DNA of 32,151 bases from a virus: the IMG/VR virus record IMGVR_UViG_3300029387_000010; one strand, written 5' to 3'. Positions within the stretch are counted from its first letter, which is position 1; each line of letters begins with the position of its first letter. This document shows, piece by piece, positions 6,625-14,171 of the stretch. Made by a program: the position numbers and the translations under genes. Under the pieces are notes generated by a model. The model saw nothing but the letters and a program-made list of their open reading frames with translations, was not told where the DNA came from and did no database searches.

Positions 6625-7989
6625 ATGGAAAAATTAATATACATACCGGCTGAGCAGATACATGAGCATCCGGATAATCCGCGGAAAAACCTTGGAGATC
6701 TTGAAGAGTTATCGGAATCGATCAAAAAGAAAGGCATCATGCAGAACATGACTGTTATGATCGGACACTGGGATGAAAAAGGAAAATGGCAGCAGGACGG
6801 GTATACGCTGCTGATCGGTCACAGAAGATTTGCGGCAGGAAAGATGGCAGCAGTCAGCGAATTCCCTTGCAGAGTAATTGAAAAGATTGATTACAAAGAC
6901 CAGATTGGAATCATGATGGAAGAAAACATGCAGCGCAATGACCTTACTATTTGGGAAGAAGCGAACGGATTCCAGATGATGTTAGACCTGGGAGACACAG
7001 AGGACCAGATAGCAGAAAAGACCGGATTCAGCAAATCCACGATCAAACACCGTTTGAACATTGCGAAGCTTGATCAGGACGTACTGAAGGAAAAAGAACA
7101 GAATGACGGCTACCAGTTAACTTTGAAAGGTCTATACGAACTGGAAAAGATCACGGATATCGATAAGCGAAATGAAATATTAAGACAGTCTGGTAGTTCT
7201 GTAGATCTGGTGGCAAGAGCCAGATCGGCAGTTGTATCTGAGAGAAAAGAAAAGGTTAAGCAGAAGATCATATCTGCTTTGGAAGCGTCTGGCGCTAAAA
7301 AGATGTCCGATAAAGATGAAATGAGTGTCTGGGATAGCGGTAAATGGAAAAAGATCCAGGAATACAAAACAGATAATGATTTAGGAGAGATCGATGTGCC
7401 GGAAAGTGATGAACAGTTATATTGGCGGACCATTTGGTCGGGCATCGAAGTCTACAAAAAGAAAAAGCAGGTGAAAAAGAAAGAGACCAAAGCTGAAAGA
7501 CTGGAGAAAGAGCGGAAAGCCAAGCAAAAGCAGATTAAAGAGGTCATGAAAAAGATGGACGCCCGCCGAAAAGAGTTTATACGAGACATCATTTCTGGAA
7601 AGATTGATCCGGCAAAGAACGAACAGAGATTAAAAGATCATATCTGGATGATCTTGGTGGCGGTAGGATGCGGTGTTTATAGATATAGAATGTCTGAGGT
7701 ACTCCTGGAAAAAGATTGGTATGAATGTTCGACAGAAGAACGTGATGAGGCATTGAAAAAAGTGGACGAGCTCAGTATCATCCACCAGATGCTGATTACT
7801 CTGCATTATGCCATAAAAGCAGACTGTAATGAAGTATACGATTATATGTGCAGATACAAAAAAGGTAATGGGCAGATTCGCCTGGAAGCCTACCGGATTC
7901 TTGAACTATATGGATGGTACTTCGAACCTGGGGAAAAAGAGATTTTAGACGGAACATCTGAACTGTATGAGGGCGAAGCTGATGAGTGA
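6625..7989 (+). CDS. ParB N-terminal-domain (ParB/Srx fold) protein, IbrB/DndB-like, with long C-terminal extension
   Basis: IYIPAEQIHEHPDNPRK...LLIGHRRFAAG (GxRR box), then HTH-like DQIAEKTGFSKSTIKHRL. ATG 6625 lies 7 nt after AAGGAG. An alternative ATG at 6553 overlaps the upstream stop. Confidence 0.8.
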   Translation: MEKLIYIPAEQIHEHPDNPRKNLGDLEELSESIKKKGIMQNMTVMIGHWDEKGKWQQDGYTLLIGHRRFAAGKMAAVSEFPCRVIEKIDYKDQIGIMMEENMQRNDLTIWEEANGFQMMLDLGDTEDQIAEKTGFSKSTIKHRLNIAKLDQDVLKEKEQNDGYQLTLKGLYELEKITDIDKRNEILRQSGSSVDLVARARSAVVSERKEKVKQKIISALEASGAKKMSDKDEMSVWDSGKWKKIQEYKTDNDLGEIDVPESDEQLYWRTIWSGIEVYKKKKQVKKKETKAERLEKERKAKQKQIKEVMKKMDARRKEFIRDIISGKIDPAKNEQRLKDHIWMILVAVGCGVYRYRMSEVLLEKDWYECSTEERDEALKKVDELSIIHQMLITLHYAIKADCNEVYDYMCRYKKGNGQIRLEAYRILELYGWYFEPGEKEILDGTSELYEGEADE

Positions 7990-8332
7990 TTTAATGTTTC
8001 CGAAACCGAAATGGAAAAAGAAGAAAAAAAGACATCCACCGTCTATATTACCGTCAGATAAGCATATCTGCTTCTTGTGTGCCAGGAACGGTGATTACAG
8101 ACCTAAAATCACGGAAGAACATCATGTGTTTTTCGGATCTGGCTTAAGAGATGCCAGCGAAGAGAACGGATTCAAGTGCGATCTGTGTATTCCGCATCAC
8201 CGAACAGGACCAGAAGCAGTACATAACAACCAGGAAACCAGAGAATATCTATGTAGGATATTCCAACAGCAATATGAACGTACTCACACGCATGAAGAGT
8301 TCATGGAGCTGGTGCACAAAAATTATTTATAA
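7982..8332 (+). CDS. Cys/His-rich (HNH/Rap-NinG-like zinc) protein, putative nuclease
   Basis: Basic N-terminus FPKPKWKKKKKRH, then CFLC...EEHHVFFG...CDLCIPHH...VHNN. The start (7982 or 7994) is uncertain. The function is an inference from the motif pattern. Confidence 0.5.
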   Translation: MSDLMFPKPKWKKKKKRHPPSILPSDKHICFLCARNGDYRPKITEEHHVFFGSGLRDASEENGFKCDLCIPHHRTGPEAVHNNQETREYLCRIFQQQYERTHTHEEFMELVHKNYL

Positions 8333-8381
8333 ACAATATATCACGACCCTCCGGGAGACCGGAGGGAAGAAAGGAAAAGCC

Positions 8382-8528
8382 ATGGCATATAAAATGACAT
8401 ACACAAAGGCAGCAGACATCTTGGAACAGCATAAAGACTGGGGATGGAATGGACGAACCACAAAAGCCATAGACATGGCGATTGAATTACTCAGAAAAGA
8501 GGCAAAGAAAAATGGCAAAGATAGATAA
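8382..8528 (+). CDS. Small hypothetical protein (48 aa)
   Basis: ATG 8382 follows GGAGGGAAGAAAGGAAAAG. The upstream part of track ORF 8151..8528 overlaps the previous gene out of frame. Confidence 0.45.
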   Translation: MAYKMTYTKAADILEQHKDWGWNGRTTKAIDMAIELLRKEAKKNGKDR

Positions 8529-8895
8529 TTATATAGCCGGCCGTGAGGACGGATTACAGTTAGCTTTAAATATTGTCAAGAAAAAGGGAGTGAAGGGGCT
8601 GGAAGATGAAATCAGATTCCGGAATGCCACTCAGATTCATACCATGCTTGACAGAAAGAGCCTAGAGATTGCCACGAGAAAGATCAAGGAAATGACGATG
8701 GATACATTCACTATCTTGTGCGTGGCAACTCTCAGAGATGAATTTGATTTTGGCGCAAAGCGGTGTCAGAGGTTTGTTGACAGAATGAATTTAAAGGCTG
8801 AGTGTCTGATGGATGATATCGTTGGATGGCAGGACTTCATAGACAATATCGATGAAGAGATGGGGATTAAACTTAGAATCAGGAGGAACGACTAA
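8512..8895 (+). CDS. Hypothetical protein (127 aa)
   Basis: Internal ATG of track ORF 8482..8895 (MAKIDNYIAGREDGLQLALNIV...). Coding-like composition. No family recognised. Confidence 0.55.
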   Translation: MAKIDNYIAGREDGLQLALNIVKKKGVKGLEDEIRFRNATQIHTMLDRKSLEIATRKIKEMTMDTFTILCVATLRDEFDFGAKRCQRFVDRMNLKAECLMDDIVGWQDFIDNIDEEMGIKLRIRRND

Positions 8896-8958
8896 CGATA
8901 TGGCGCAACATTATAAAAAAGACAAAGGATAGCAAGGAAGAATGCAATTCGGAATCTT

Positions 8959-9201
8959 ATGGATCAGGGAATGACGAATATTGAGATTGCGGAAAAATTA
9001 AACATCCCAGAATCAACAGTAAGCTGGCACAGACGCACATACAGAGCTGATAAGGCGGTAGAATCTGCACCGAATGCAGACAGACACCTCTGTAAGACCT
9101 GTAAATATAAGGCAAAAGGCTCTGGCTGTGATTACTTCTGCAAGACAGACAAAGTCAGAGGATGCGATCCGGAATATTGTAATAAATGGGAGGAGAAGTA
9201 A
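8959..9201 (+). CDS. HTH plus Cys-cluster protein (paralogous in layout to the C-terminal half of 4767..5366)
   Basis: MTNIEIAEKLNIPESTVSWHRR is HTH-like. This is followed by CKTCKYKAKGSGCDYFCKTDKVRGCDPEYCNKWE. Confidence 0.6.
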   Translation: MDQGMTNIEIAEKLNIPESTVSWHRRTYRADKAVESAPNADRHLCKTCKYKAKGSGCDYFCKTDKVRGCDPEYCNKWEEK

Positions 9202-9377
9202 TGGTCAAAGTACTTATGATGGTGACAGCACTCGTACATGTTTTAATTACATCCATGGTATCAAGTGACATGGCAAAGGCAGCAGCCAGAGGAGAAAGAA
9301 TCGCAGGATTGAGCCTAAGTATAGCGTTTGAAGCACTTACGGCAATTTTACTGGAAACAGCGGCGTTAGCGAGGTGA
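9201..9377 (+). CDS. Small hydrophobic protein (58 aa)
   Basis: ATG 9201 follows GGGAGGAGAAG. Translates MVKVLMMVTALVHVLITSMVSS... Confidence 0.4.
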   Translation: MVKVLMMVTALVHVLITSMVSSDMAKAAARGERIAGLSLSIAFEALTAILLETAALAR

Positions 9378-9381
9378 GAAA

Positions 9382-9831
9382 ATGAAAAATAGAGAGAAAT
9401 ATGCAGAAGAGTTATTAAACGTAGCGTGCGCAGGAAAGAGAGCTGCGATTGACAAACAGACAATGCAGATTAGAGGCTGCGAAGGGCTTTCGTGCGGGAA
9501 TTGTCTGTTTAGTTGCGGCGATTGCGATACAAAACTAGCAGAATGGGCAGAATCAGAATACGTTGAGCCGGTGAAGATCTCGAAAAGAGACAGGACGTTT
9601 CTGGATTATATTGAAGGGTATAAATATATTGCAAGAGATGGTGACGGAGAATTATACGTATATATAACTAAACCAAAAAAAGGGCTATGGAATTGGGCAG
9701 ATGCTCGTTTCAAAAGTCTTGCAGGACTGGATATTGATTTACCGATGGTCAAATGGTCAGATGATGAACCGTGGAAGATTGAGGATTTGAAAAAGTTGGA
9801 GGTGTGTGATGAATATGGCGAAGATATTTAA
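9382..9831 (+). CDS. Hypothetical protein with Cys cluster (CEGLSCGNCLFSCGDCD)
   Basis: ATG follows GAGGTGAG. 149 aa. No family recognised. Confidence 0.6.
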   Translation: MKNREKYAEELLNVACAGKRAAIDKQTMQIRGCEGLSCGNCLFSCGDCDTKLAEWAESEYVEPVKISKRDRTFLDYIEGYKYIARDGDGELYVYITKPKKGLWNWADARFKSLAGLDIDLPMVKWSDDEPWKIEDLKKLEVCDEYGEDI

Positions 9832-10486
9832 AATCAGCGGATATCTGGTGGATCCGGACGATTTGTATAGATTAAGCGAAATAGAAGCCGGTATCAGCTA
9901 CGTCCTTGACGGCATGGTGCATCAGCATATCCACGTAGAAGAATCGGATATTGGAAAATGGGATGATGAAAGCCCACTTAACTATGATAACTGCGATCTT
10001 GCGGAATGCGAGAAGTATTTCAAGCGTAAAATCCCGGTTGATAACGATCGGAATGTTATAGCAGGACAAGTATACAGACATTTCAAAGGACATATAGTTA
10101 AAGTTTTGCACATAAGCCAAGACACAGAAGCACCGGGACAGTTTTACGTAGTCTATGAATGCGAAGACGGATCTGTATGGAGCAGACCTTACGGAATGTT
10201 TGTTAGCGAAGTGGATCACGACAAATATCCGGATGTGAAGCAGAAATACAGATTCGAACTGGTGGAAGATGCAGCGGAAAAAGAAGAGTTCGGAAGATGG
10301 GTTCCATGCAGTGAGAGACTGCCTAAAAAACCTATAATTGGCGAAGATGGCTATTTGGTTCAGCTATCATGCGTTGCACAACCGTTTTCGGCGTATTGGG
10401 ATGGATTCAAATGGACGGACGAAGAAGAAAAAGTGTTGCTTCCTATTGCCTGGATGCCATTACCAGAGCCATACAGGGAGGTGTAG
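9809..10486 (+). CDS. DUF1653-like plus DUF551-like fusion protein
   Basis: YRHFKGHIVKVLHISQDTEAPGQFYVVYECEDGSVWSRPYGMFVSEV matches the DUF1653 pattern. WVPCSERLPKK...WMPLPEPY matches the DUF551 pattern. ATG 9809 lies 6 nt after GGAGG. Confidence 0.65.
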   Translation: MNMAKIFKISGYLVDPDDLYRLSEIEAGISYVLDGMVHQHIHVEESDIGKWDDESPLNYDNCDLAECEKYFKRKIPVDNDRNVIAGQVYRHFKGHIVKVLHISQDTEAPGQFYVVYECEDGSVWSRPYGMFVSEVDHDKYPDVKQKYRFELVEDAAEKEEFGRWVPCSERLPKKPIIGEDGYLVQLSCVAQPFSAYWDGFKWTDEEEKVLLPIAWMPLPEPYREV

Positions 10487-10489
10487 GAA

Positions 10490-10918
10490 ATGAGAAGCTA
10501 TAGTATAGAGTTGCCTAGAGGCGTAATCGTAGATGTTTTTAACCTGACTAAAGACTTTGAAGAACAGATAATAGAGTCATTTAAAGGCTATACGGAAGAA
10601 ACAGCAAAAGAATACAGGTATTGTGACAAGCTTGGATATATTGATTGTTGTGTGCAACATCTGAATGGTGACAAGCGTTCTTACGATATCGTAAACAAAA
10701 TGGTTGAAGGACGTATTCTTTGTGAGTGGAGAGAACACGGAGAAATCATTGAGGAAGATGATATTTACTGTTTTGAGTTTATGGAAGAGTGCTATGACAG
10801 AGGAAAAAAAGATGCAAGGCTGTGTTCACACTTCGGCAGTGACGATCACCATATTTACGATCAGATTCAGAAAGTGCTTGTAAAAGTAATTACAATCGTA
10901 ATGAATTATGAGGAGTAA
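10490..10918 (+). CDS. Hypothetical protein (142 aa)
   Basis: ATG follows GGGAGGTG. Coding-like. No family recognised. Confidence 0.6.
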   Translation: MRSYSIELPRGVIVDVFNLTKDFEEQIIESFKGYTEETAKEYRYCDKLGYIDCCVQHLNGDKRSYDIVNKMVEGRILCEWREHGEIIEEDDIYCFEFMEECYDRGKKDARLCSHFGSDDHHIYDQIQKVLVKVITIVMNYEE

Positions 10919-10922
10919 AAAA

Positions 10923-11246
10923 ATGGATAGATTAAAAAGATTATCAATCGTCTTGTTGGCATCCCTGGCATTAACCGGATGCGCTGAGAAGCAGGAAGTG
11001 AAAGAACCGACACCGATCACGGTGGAAAAGCCAAACGTCAGAGATACCGTAGCTTTCAAGCGTGAGGTATCGGCAAGGGTTGAAGAGATCCTGTCCGGAG
11101 ATATTACTGTCACGGTATATCTGGATGATGCAGAGGACTTCTGCTACCGTGGACAGATTAAGGTAGTGAATAATGGATCAGATGGAACGGATCCGATTAT
11201 ATTTATCTACGCCGACCGGAAAGAATCGGAGAGCGAATGGTATTGA
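10923..11246 (+). CDS. Lipoprotein (signal peptide plus lipobox LTGC)
   Basis: MDRLKRLSIVLLASLALTGCAEK is a basic n-region, hydrophobic core and L-T-G-C lipobox. ATG 10923 lies 7 nt after GAGGAG. Confidence 0.7.
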   Translation: MDRLKRLSIVLLASLALTGCAEKQEVKEPTPITVEKPNVRDTVAFKREVSARVEEILSGDITVTVYLDDAEDFCYRGQIKVVNNGSDGTDPIIFIYADRKESESEWY

Positions 11247-11300
11247 CGGTACTGGAATACTTGGAACAGATAGGAATTAATATAAGGGGAGTGGTCGCCG

Positions 11301-11762
11301 ATGGACAAGAATGTGTTAATAGAATACGCAGATATGAAGATGGAGATCAAGGATCTCCGGAGACGGATTGAAGACAAACAGAATAGAATTGATAAGCTGC
11401 ATACTACAGTAATGTCTGATACGGTGACCATGGGAAAGAAGGGACGGAAGTCACTCGGAACCGTAAAGGTGACTGGAATACCAGACGGCATTATAACCAG
11501 AATGGAGACGGCTTTAGAGAAGAACCGGAAGCTCTTGGAGTTGAGAGAGGTAGAACTGCTGGAACTTCAGAATGACGTAGAGGAATACATAGAGACCATC
11601 CCAAAGAGCGAGATGCGGACGATATTGAGAGTGTACTATATCGATGACATGACATGGAACCAAGTGGCAATGCAGATGAATTACCTGCGACCATCCAACA
11701 AAGAGAAATATACAGCGGATGCCTGTAGAATGAAACATAACAGATTTTTTGAAAAAATTTGA
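11301..11762 (+). CDS. Putative late-gene transcriptional regulator (sigma-70 region-4-like HTH; RinA/ArpU/DUF1492-like position)
   Basis: C-terminus IPKSEMRTILRVYYIDDMTWNQVAMQMN...ACRMKHNRF resembles sigma region 4. It is the last gene before the packaging and structural operon. Confidence 0.55.
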   Translation: MDKNVLIEYADMKMEIKDLRRRIEDKQNRIDKLHTTVMSDTVTMGKKGRKSLGTVKVTGIPDGIITRMETALEKNRKLLELREVELLELQNDVEEYIETIPKSEMRTILRVYYIDDMTWNQVAMQMNYLRPSNKEKYTADACRMKHNRFFEKI

Positions 11763-11766
11763 AAAA

Positions 11767-11800
11767 CGTTCGCTCGCGTTCGCTAAAAAAATGTTATAGT
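11767..11800 (+). promoter_or_regulatory. Candidate late promoter: two CGTTCGCT direct repeats 10 bp apart plus an extended -10
   Basis: CGTTCGCT at 11767-11774 and 11777-11784. TG (11792-11793), one nt, TATAGT (11795-11800). There is no good -35, as expected for an activator-dependent promoter. Confidence 0.4.
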
Positions 11801-12038
11801 GTAAAAAACAAAAAGTGTATGGTGATACGAAGATGGTAGCAGATGACAGTCTACTCCATTTTTTTCTACCGAAAGGGCGAATGGAAACTCTATCGCAGGA
11901 AGCATTCGCAGAAAACTTAATCAGTGAGGGATGAGACGATGCCGTGATTGCGATAGTCGGCAAGTAGCTGATGCACGCTGGAAGTAATGAATTGACCGCA
12001 AGGGAGGTCTTAGGTAGTTTATAAAGCGTAAATAAGAT

Positions 12039-12070
12039 GGCAGCAGGCAGGAGCTTGGCTGCCTTTTGTT
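12039..12070 (+). terminator. Candidate intrinsic terminator just upstream of the HNH/terminase genes
   Basis: GGCAGC (12039-12044) pairs with GCTGCC (12058-12063), followed by TTTTGTT. The stem is short and the loop is 13 nt, so it is moderate at best. Confidence 0.4.
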
Positions 12071-12091
12071 GTGCAGAAAAGAGTGAATGAT

Positions 12092-12436
12092 ATGGGAAAC
12101 CCCAGAAGTGCAAATGGGAACCTCAGACGCAAGCACCGGGCAAGGTTGAAGGCTATAGGCGGAGAGTGTGGAATATGCAGAGGAAGACTAGGACCAATAC
12201 ATTATGATGAACCAAGCGACAGCGATCATCCGCTATCGTTTGTGATTGATGAGATCAAGCCGGTATCGAGATGGAGAGAGTTTGGCTATGCATCCAAAGA
12301 GGCGGCAGCGCAAGACTGGAATAATCTGCAACCGGCTCACTACTGTTGCAATGCAGTGAAAGGAAATAAAACGATGAAAGAAGTGACTGGAACACGAAAA
12401 AAGAATGACATAAATATTGTTGATGGTTTATGGTGA
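12092..12436 (+). CDS. HNH endonuclease (terminase-associated)
   Basis: CGICRGRL...DHPLSFVIDEIKPVSRW...NLQPAHYCCNAVKGNK shows HNH motifs with Cys pairs. It sits immediately upstream of TerS/TerL. The track start at 12071 is GTG. Confidence 0.85.
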   Translation: MGNPRSANGNLRRKHRARLKAIGGECGICRGRLGPIHYDEPSDSDHPLSFVIDEIKPVSRWREFGYASKEAAAQDWNNLQPAHYCCNAVKGNKTMKEVTGTRKKNDINIVDGLW

Positions 12437-12532
12437 CAACAGGGTGGCTACGTCACCCTCCCTTGGCCGTGGGCGACCCCAAACCGTCCAGCGCCGATTT
12501 ACACACAGGGAATTTTTGAAAGGTGGATTAAG
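12437..12532. other. Non-coding GC-rich gap between HNH and TerS: candidate cos/packaging recognition region
   Basis: Hairpin AGGGTGGC-TAC-GTCACCCT (12441-12459), then the GC-rich tract CCTTGGCCGTGGGCGACCCCAAACCGTCCAGCGCCG. The location is typical of cos in HNH-dependent packaging systems. Confidence 0.3.
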
Positions 12533-12802
12533 GTGGGCAGAATTAAGAAAATGTCTACGGTGACAACGTCAGGATCACGACTGGAACAGTTGAAGAATCT
12601 GTCGAAAGTCCTGGCGAAACAAATAGATGATTGCAATAATGACATGATTATTGGTCCGAAGTACCTCCCACAGCTTTCAAAACAATACAGAGAGACGATC
12701 AAAGAGATTGAAGAGATTGAGGGAGTTGACAGAGAAGATGACGAAATCGGTGAAATCCTCTCAGCAAGGAAAGCTGATGGGAAGCCAGACGCCGTCCGTT
12801 AG
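12533..12802 (+). CDS. terS: Terminase small subunit
   Basis: Small helical protein (RLEQLKNLSKVLAKQIDD...LSKQYRETIKEIEEIE) directly upstream of and overlapping TerL. GTG 12533 follows AAAGGTGG. Confidence 0.65.
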   Translation: MGRIKKMSTVTTSGSRLEQLKNLSKVLAKQIDDCNNDMIIGPKYLPQLSKQYRETIKEIEEIEGVDREDDEIGEILSARKADGKPDAVR

Positions 12803-14171
12803 AATAGTTCCGGAGTATGATTACACAGACGGAGCTGATGCAGTGAGAATACTTGCGGTTGGAAAACTGGTTGTAGATCCATGGCAGAGCGAAGTGCTGA
12901 ATGATTGGATGGGCCGCACTAATGAAGATATCTGGTCAGCACCGACATGCGGATTATCTGTGCCGAGGCAAAATGGAAAGACACTGGACACTTCCGGACG
13001 AATAGCATCTGGAATGGTCATGTATTCGGAATGGGTGATCTATACAGCACATCTTCAGAAGACGGCAACAGAGACTTTTATGGAATTGAAAGGATTGTTT
13101 GAAAGCAGGGGGCTAAGAAAGTATGTAAAAGAAATCAAGGCAGCACTCGGAAGAGAACAGATCATATTAAAAAATGGCGGAAGGGTGGTATTTGTAGCAC
13201 GTACCAGGAATGGCGGTCGAGGTTTGCATGGCGATTGCCTGGTATTTGATGAAGCGCAGGAGCTGACATCGGAACAGCAGGCATCTTTTTTGCCAGCGAT
13301 ATCAGCATCCAGGAATCCGCAGACAATATACCTCGGAACGCCACCAGATGAAAACTGCACAGGTACGGTGTTTAGGAAGATAAGGGAGCGAGCAAAGAAT
13401 GGAGAGAGTAGTTCGACAGCTTGGACGGAGTATTCCGTGGAAGAAATCGGAGACGTGACTGACAGAAACCGATGGGCAGATTGTAATCCGGCTCTTGGAA
13501 GACGAATGACAGAAACGACCATAGCTGCAGAGTGCGAGCAGATGGATGAAGATACATTTGCGAGAGAGCGACTTGGGTGGTGGTCTCCAATCAATAATGA
13601 TCAGGACTATGCCATTAATAAAGCCAAATGGGAGCAATGTGCATCAGAGATGAAAAAACCGGAGGGGAAAACAGCTTATGGAATTAAATTTGCCGCCGAT
13701 GGTTCGATGGTGGCATTATGTGGAGCGGTTTGCCCGGATGATGGACCGGCACGTATTTCGCTGATTGAGATCAAGGCAACCGACAGAGGGATCCAGTGGC
13801 TTGCGGACTGGCTGAATCAGAGATACACGAAAGCGTCCTGCGTGGTGATTGATGGTCGAAATGGCGTTGATTTTCTGATCGACAAGATAACATCGGTCTG
13901 GAAATATAAGAAATCAATCATAAAGCCATCAGCAAAAGATGTGATAGCAGCGGCGAGCCAACTGGTGCAGGAAGTTAATGAACAGACGGTGACGTGGTAT
14001 AAATACCAGGAGATATTAAAAGAATCTGCTGTTACGTCAGTAAAAAGACCGATATCGGGCGGATGGGGGTTTGGCGGTGATAATTCGATACCGATCGAAG
14101 CGGCGGCGTTGGCATTGTGGGGTTGCCGGACATCAAAGCGAAATCCGAATAGAAAGATGAGGATAGGATAA
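12777..14171 (+). CDS. terL: Terminase large subunit
   Basis: Walker A-like VPRQNGKT, Walker B CLVFDEAQ, and a C-terminal nuclease-like half. ATG 12777 lies 6 nt after AAGGA. The upstream part of the track ORF overlaps terS. Confidence 0.9.
   Translation: MGSQTPSVRIVPEYDYTDGADAVRILAVGKLVVDPWQSEVLNDWMGRTNEDIWSAPTCGLSVPRQNGKTLDTSGRIASGMVMYSEWVIYTAHLQKTATETFMELKGLFESRGLRKYVKEIKAALGREQIILKNGGRVVFVARTRNGGRGLHGDCLVFDEAQELTSEQQASFLPAISASRNPQTIYLGTPPDENCTGTVFRKIRERAKNGESSSTAWTEYSVEEIGDVTDRNRWADCNPALGRRMTETTIAAECEQMDEDTFARERLGWWSPINNDQDYAINKAKWEQCASEMKKPEGKTAYGIKFAADGSMVALCGAVCPDDGPARISLIEIKATDRGIQWLADWLNQRYTKASCVVIDGRNGVDFLIDKITSVWKYKKSIIKPSAKDVIAAASQLVQEVNEQTVTWYKYQEILKESAVTSVKRPISGGWGFGGDNSIPIEAAALALWGCRTSKRNPNRKMRIG

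Noticed and set aside
8510-8518. Partial match (AAATGGCAA) to the shufflon core in the early region
   Set aside because: Only 9 bp match, the TTAATT part and flanks are missing, and it coincides with an ordinary start region (ATGGCAAAG). It is most likely chance.
11514-12113. 199-aa minus-strand ORF spanning the late regulator gene and the late leader
   Set aside because: It overlaps a well-supported + strand gene and the structured non-coding leader. It has no RBS and its composition is implausible. It is best treated as an antisense artefact.
13055-13594. 179-aa minus-strand ORF, plus several other antisense ORFs (12821-13021, 13162-13344, 13302-13637, 13372-13590), inside the TerL gene
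   Set aside because: They lie entirely antisense to a gene with clear Walker A/B terminase motifs. They have no RBS and a Ser/Pro/Cys-rich low-complexity translation typical of shadow ORFs.
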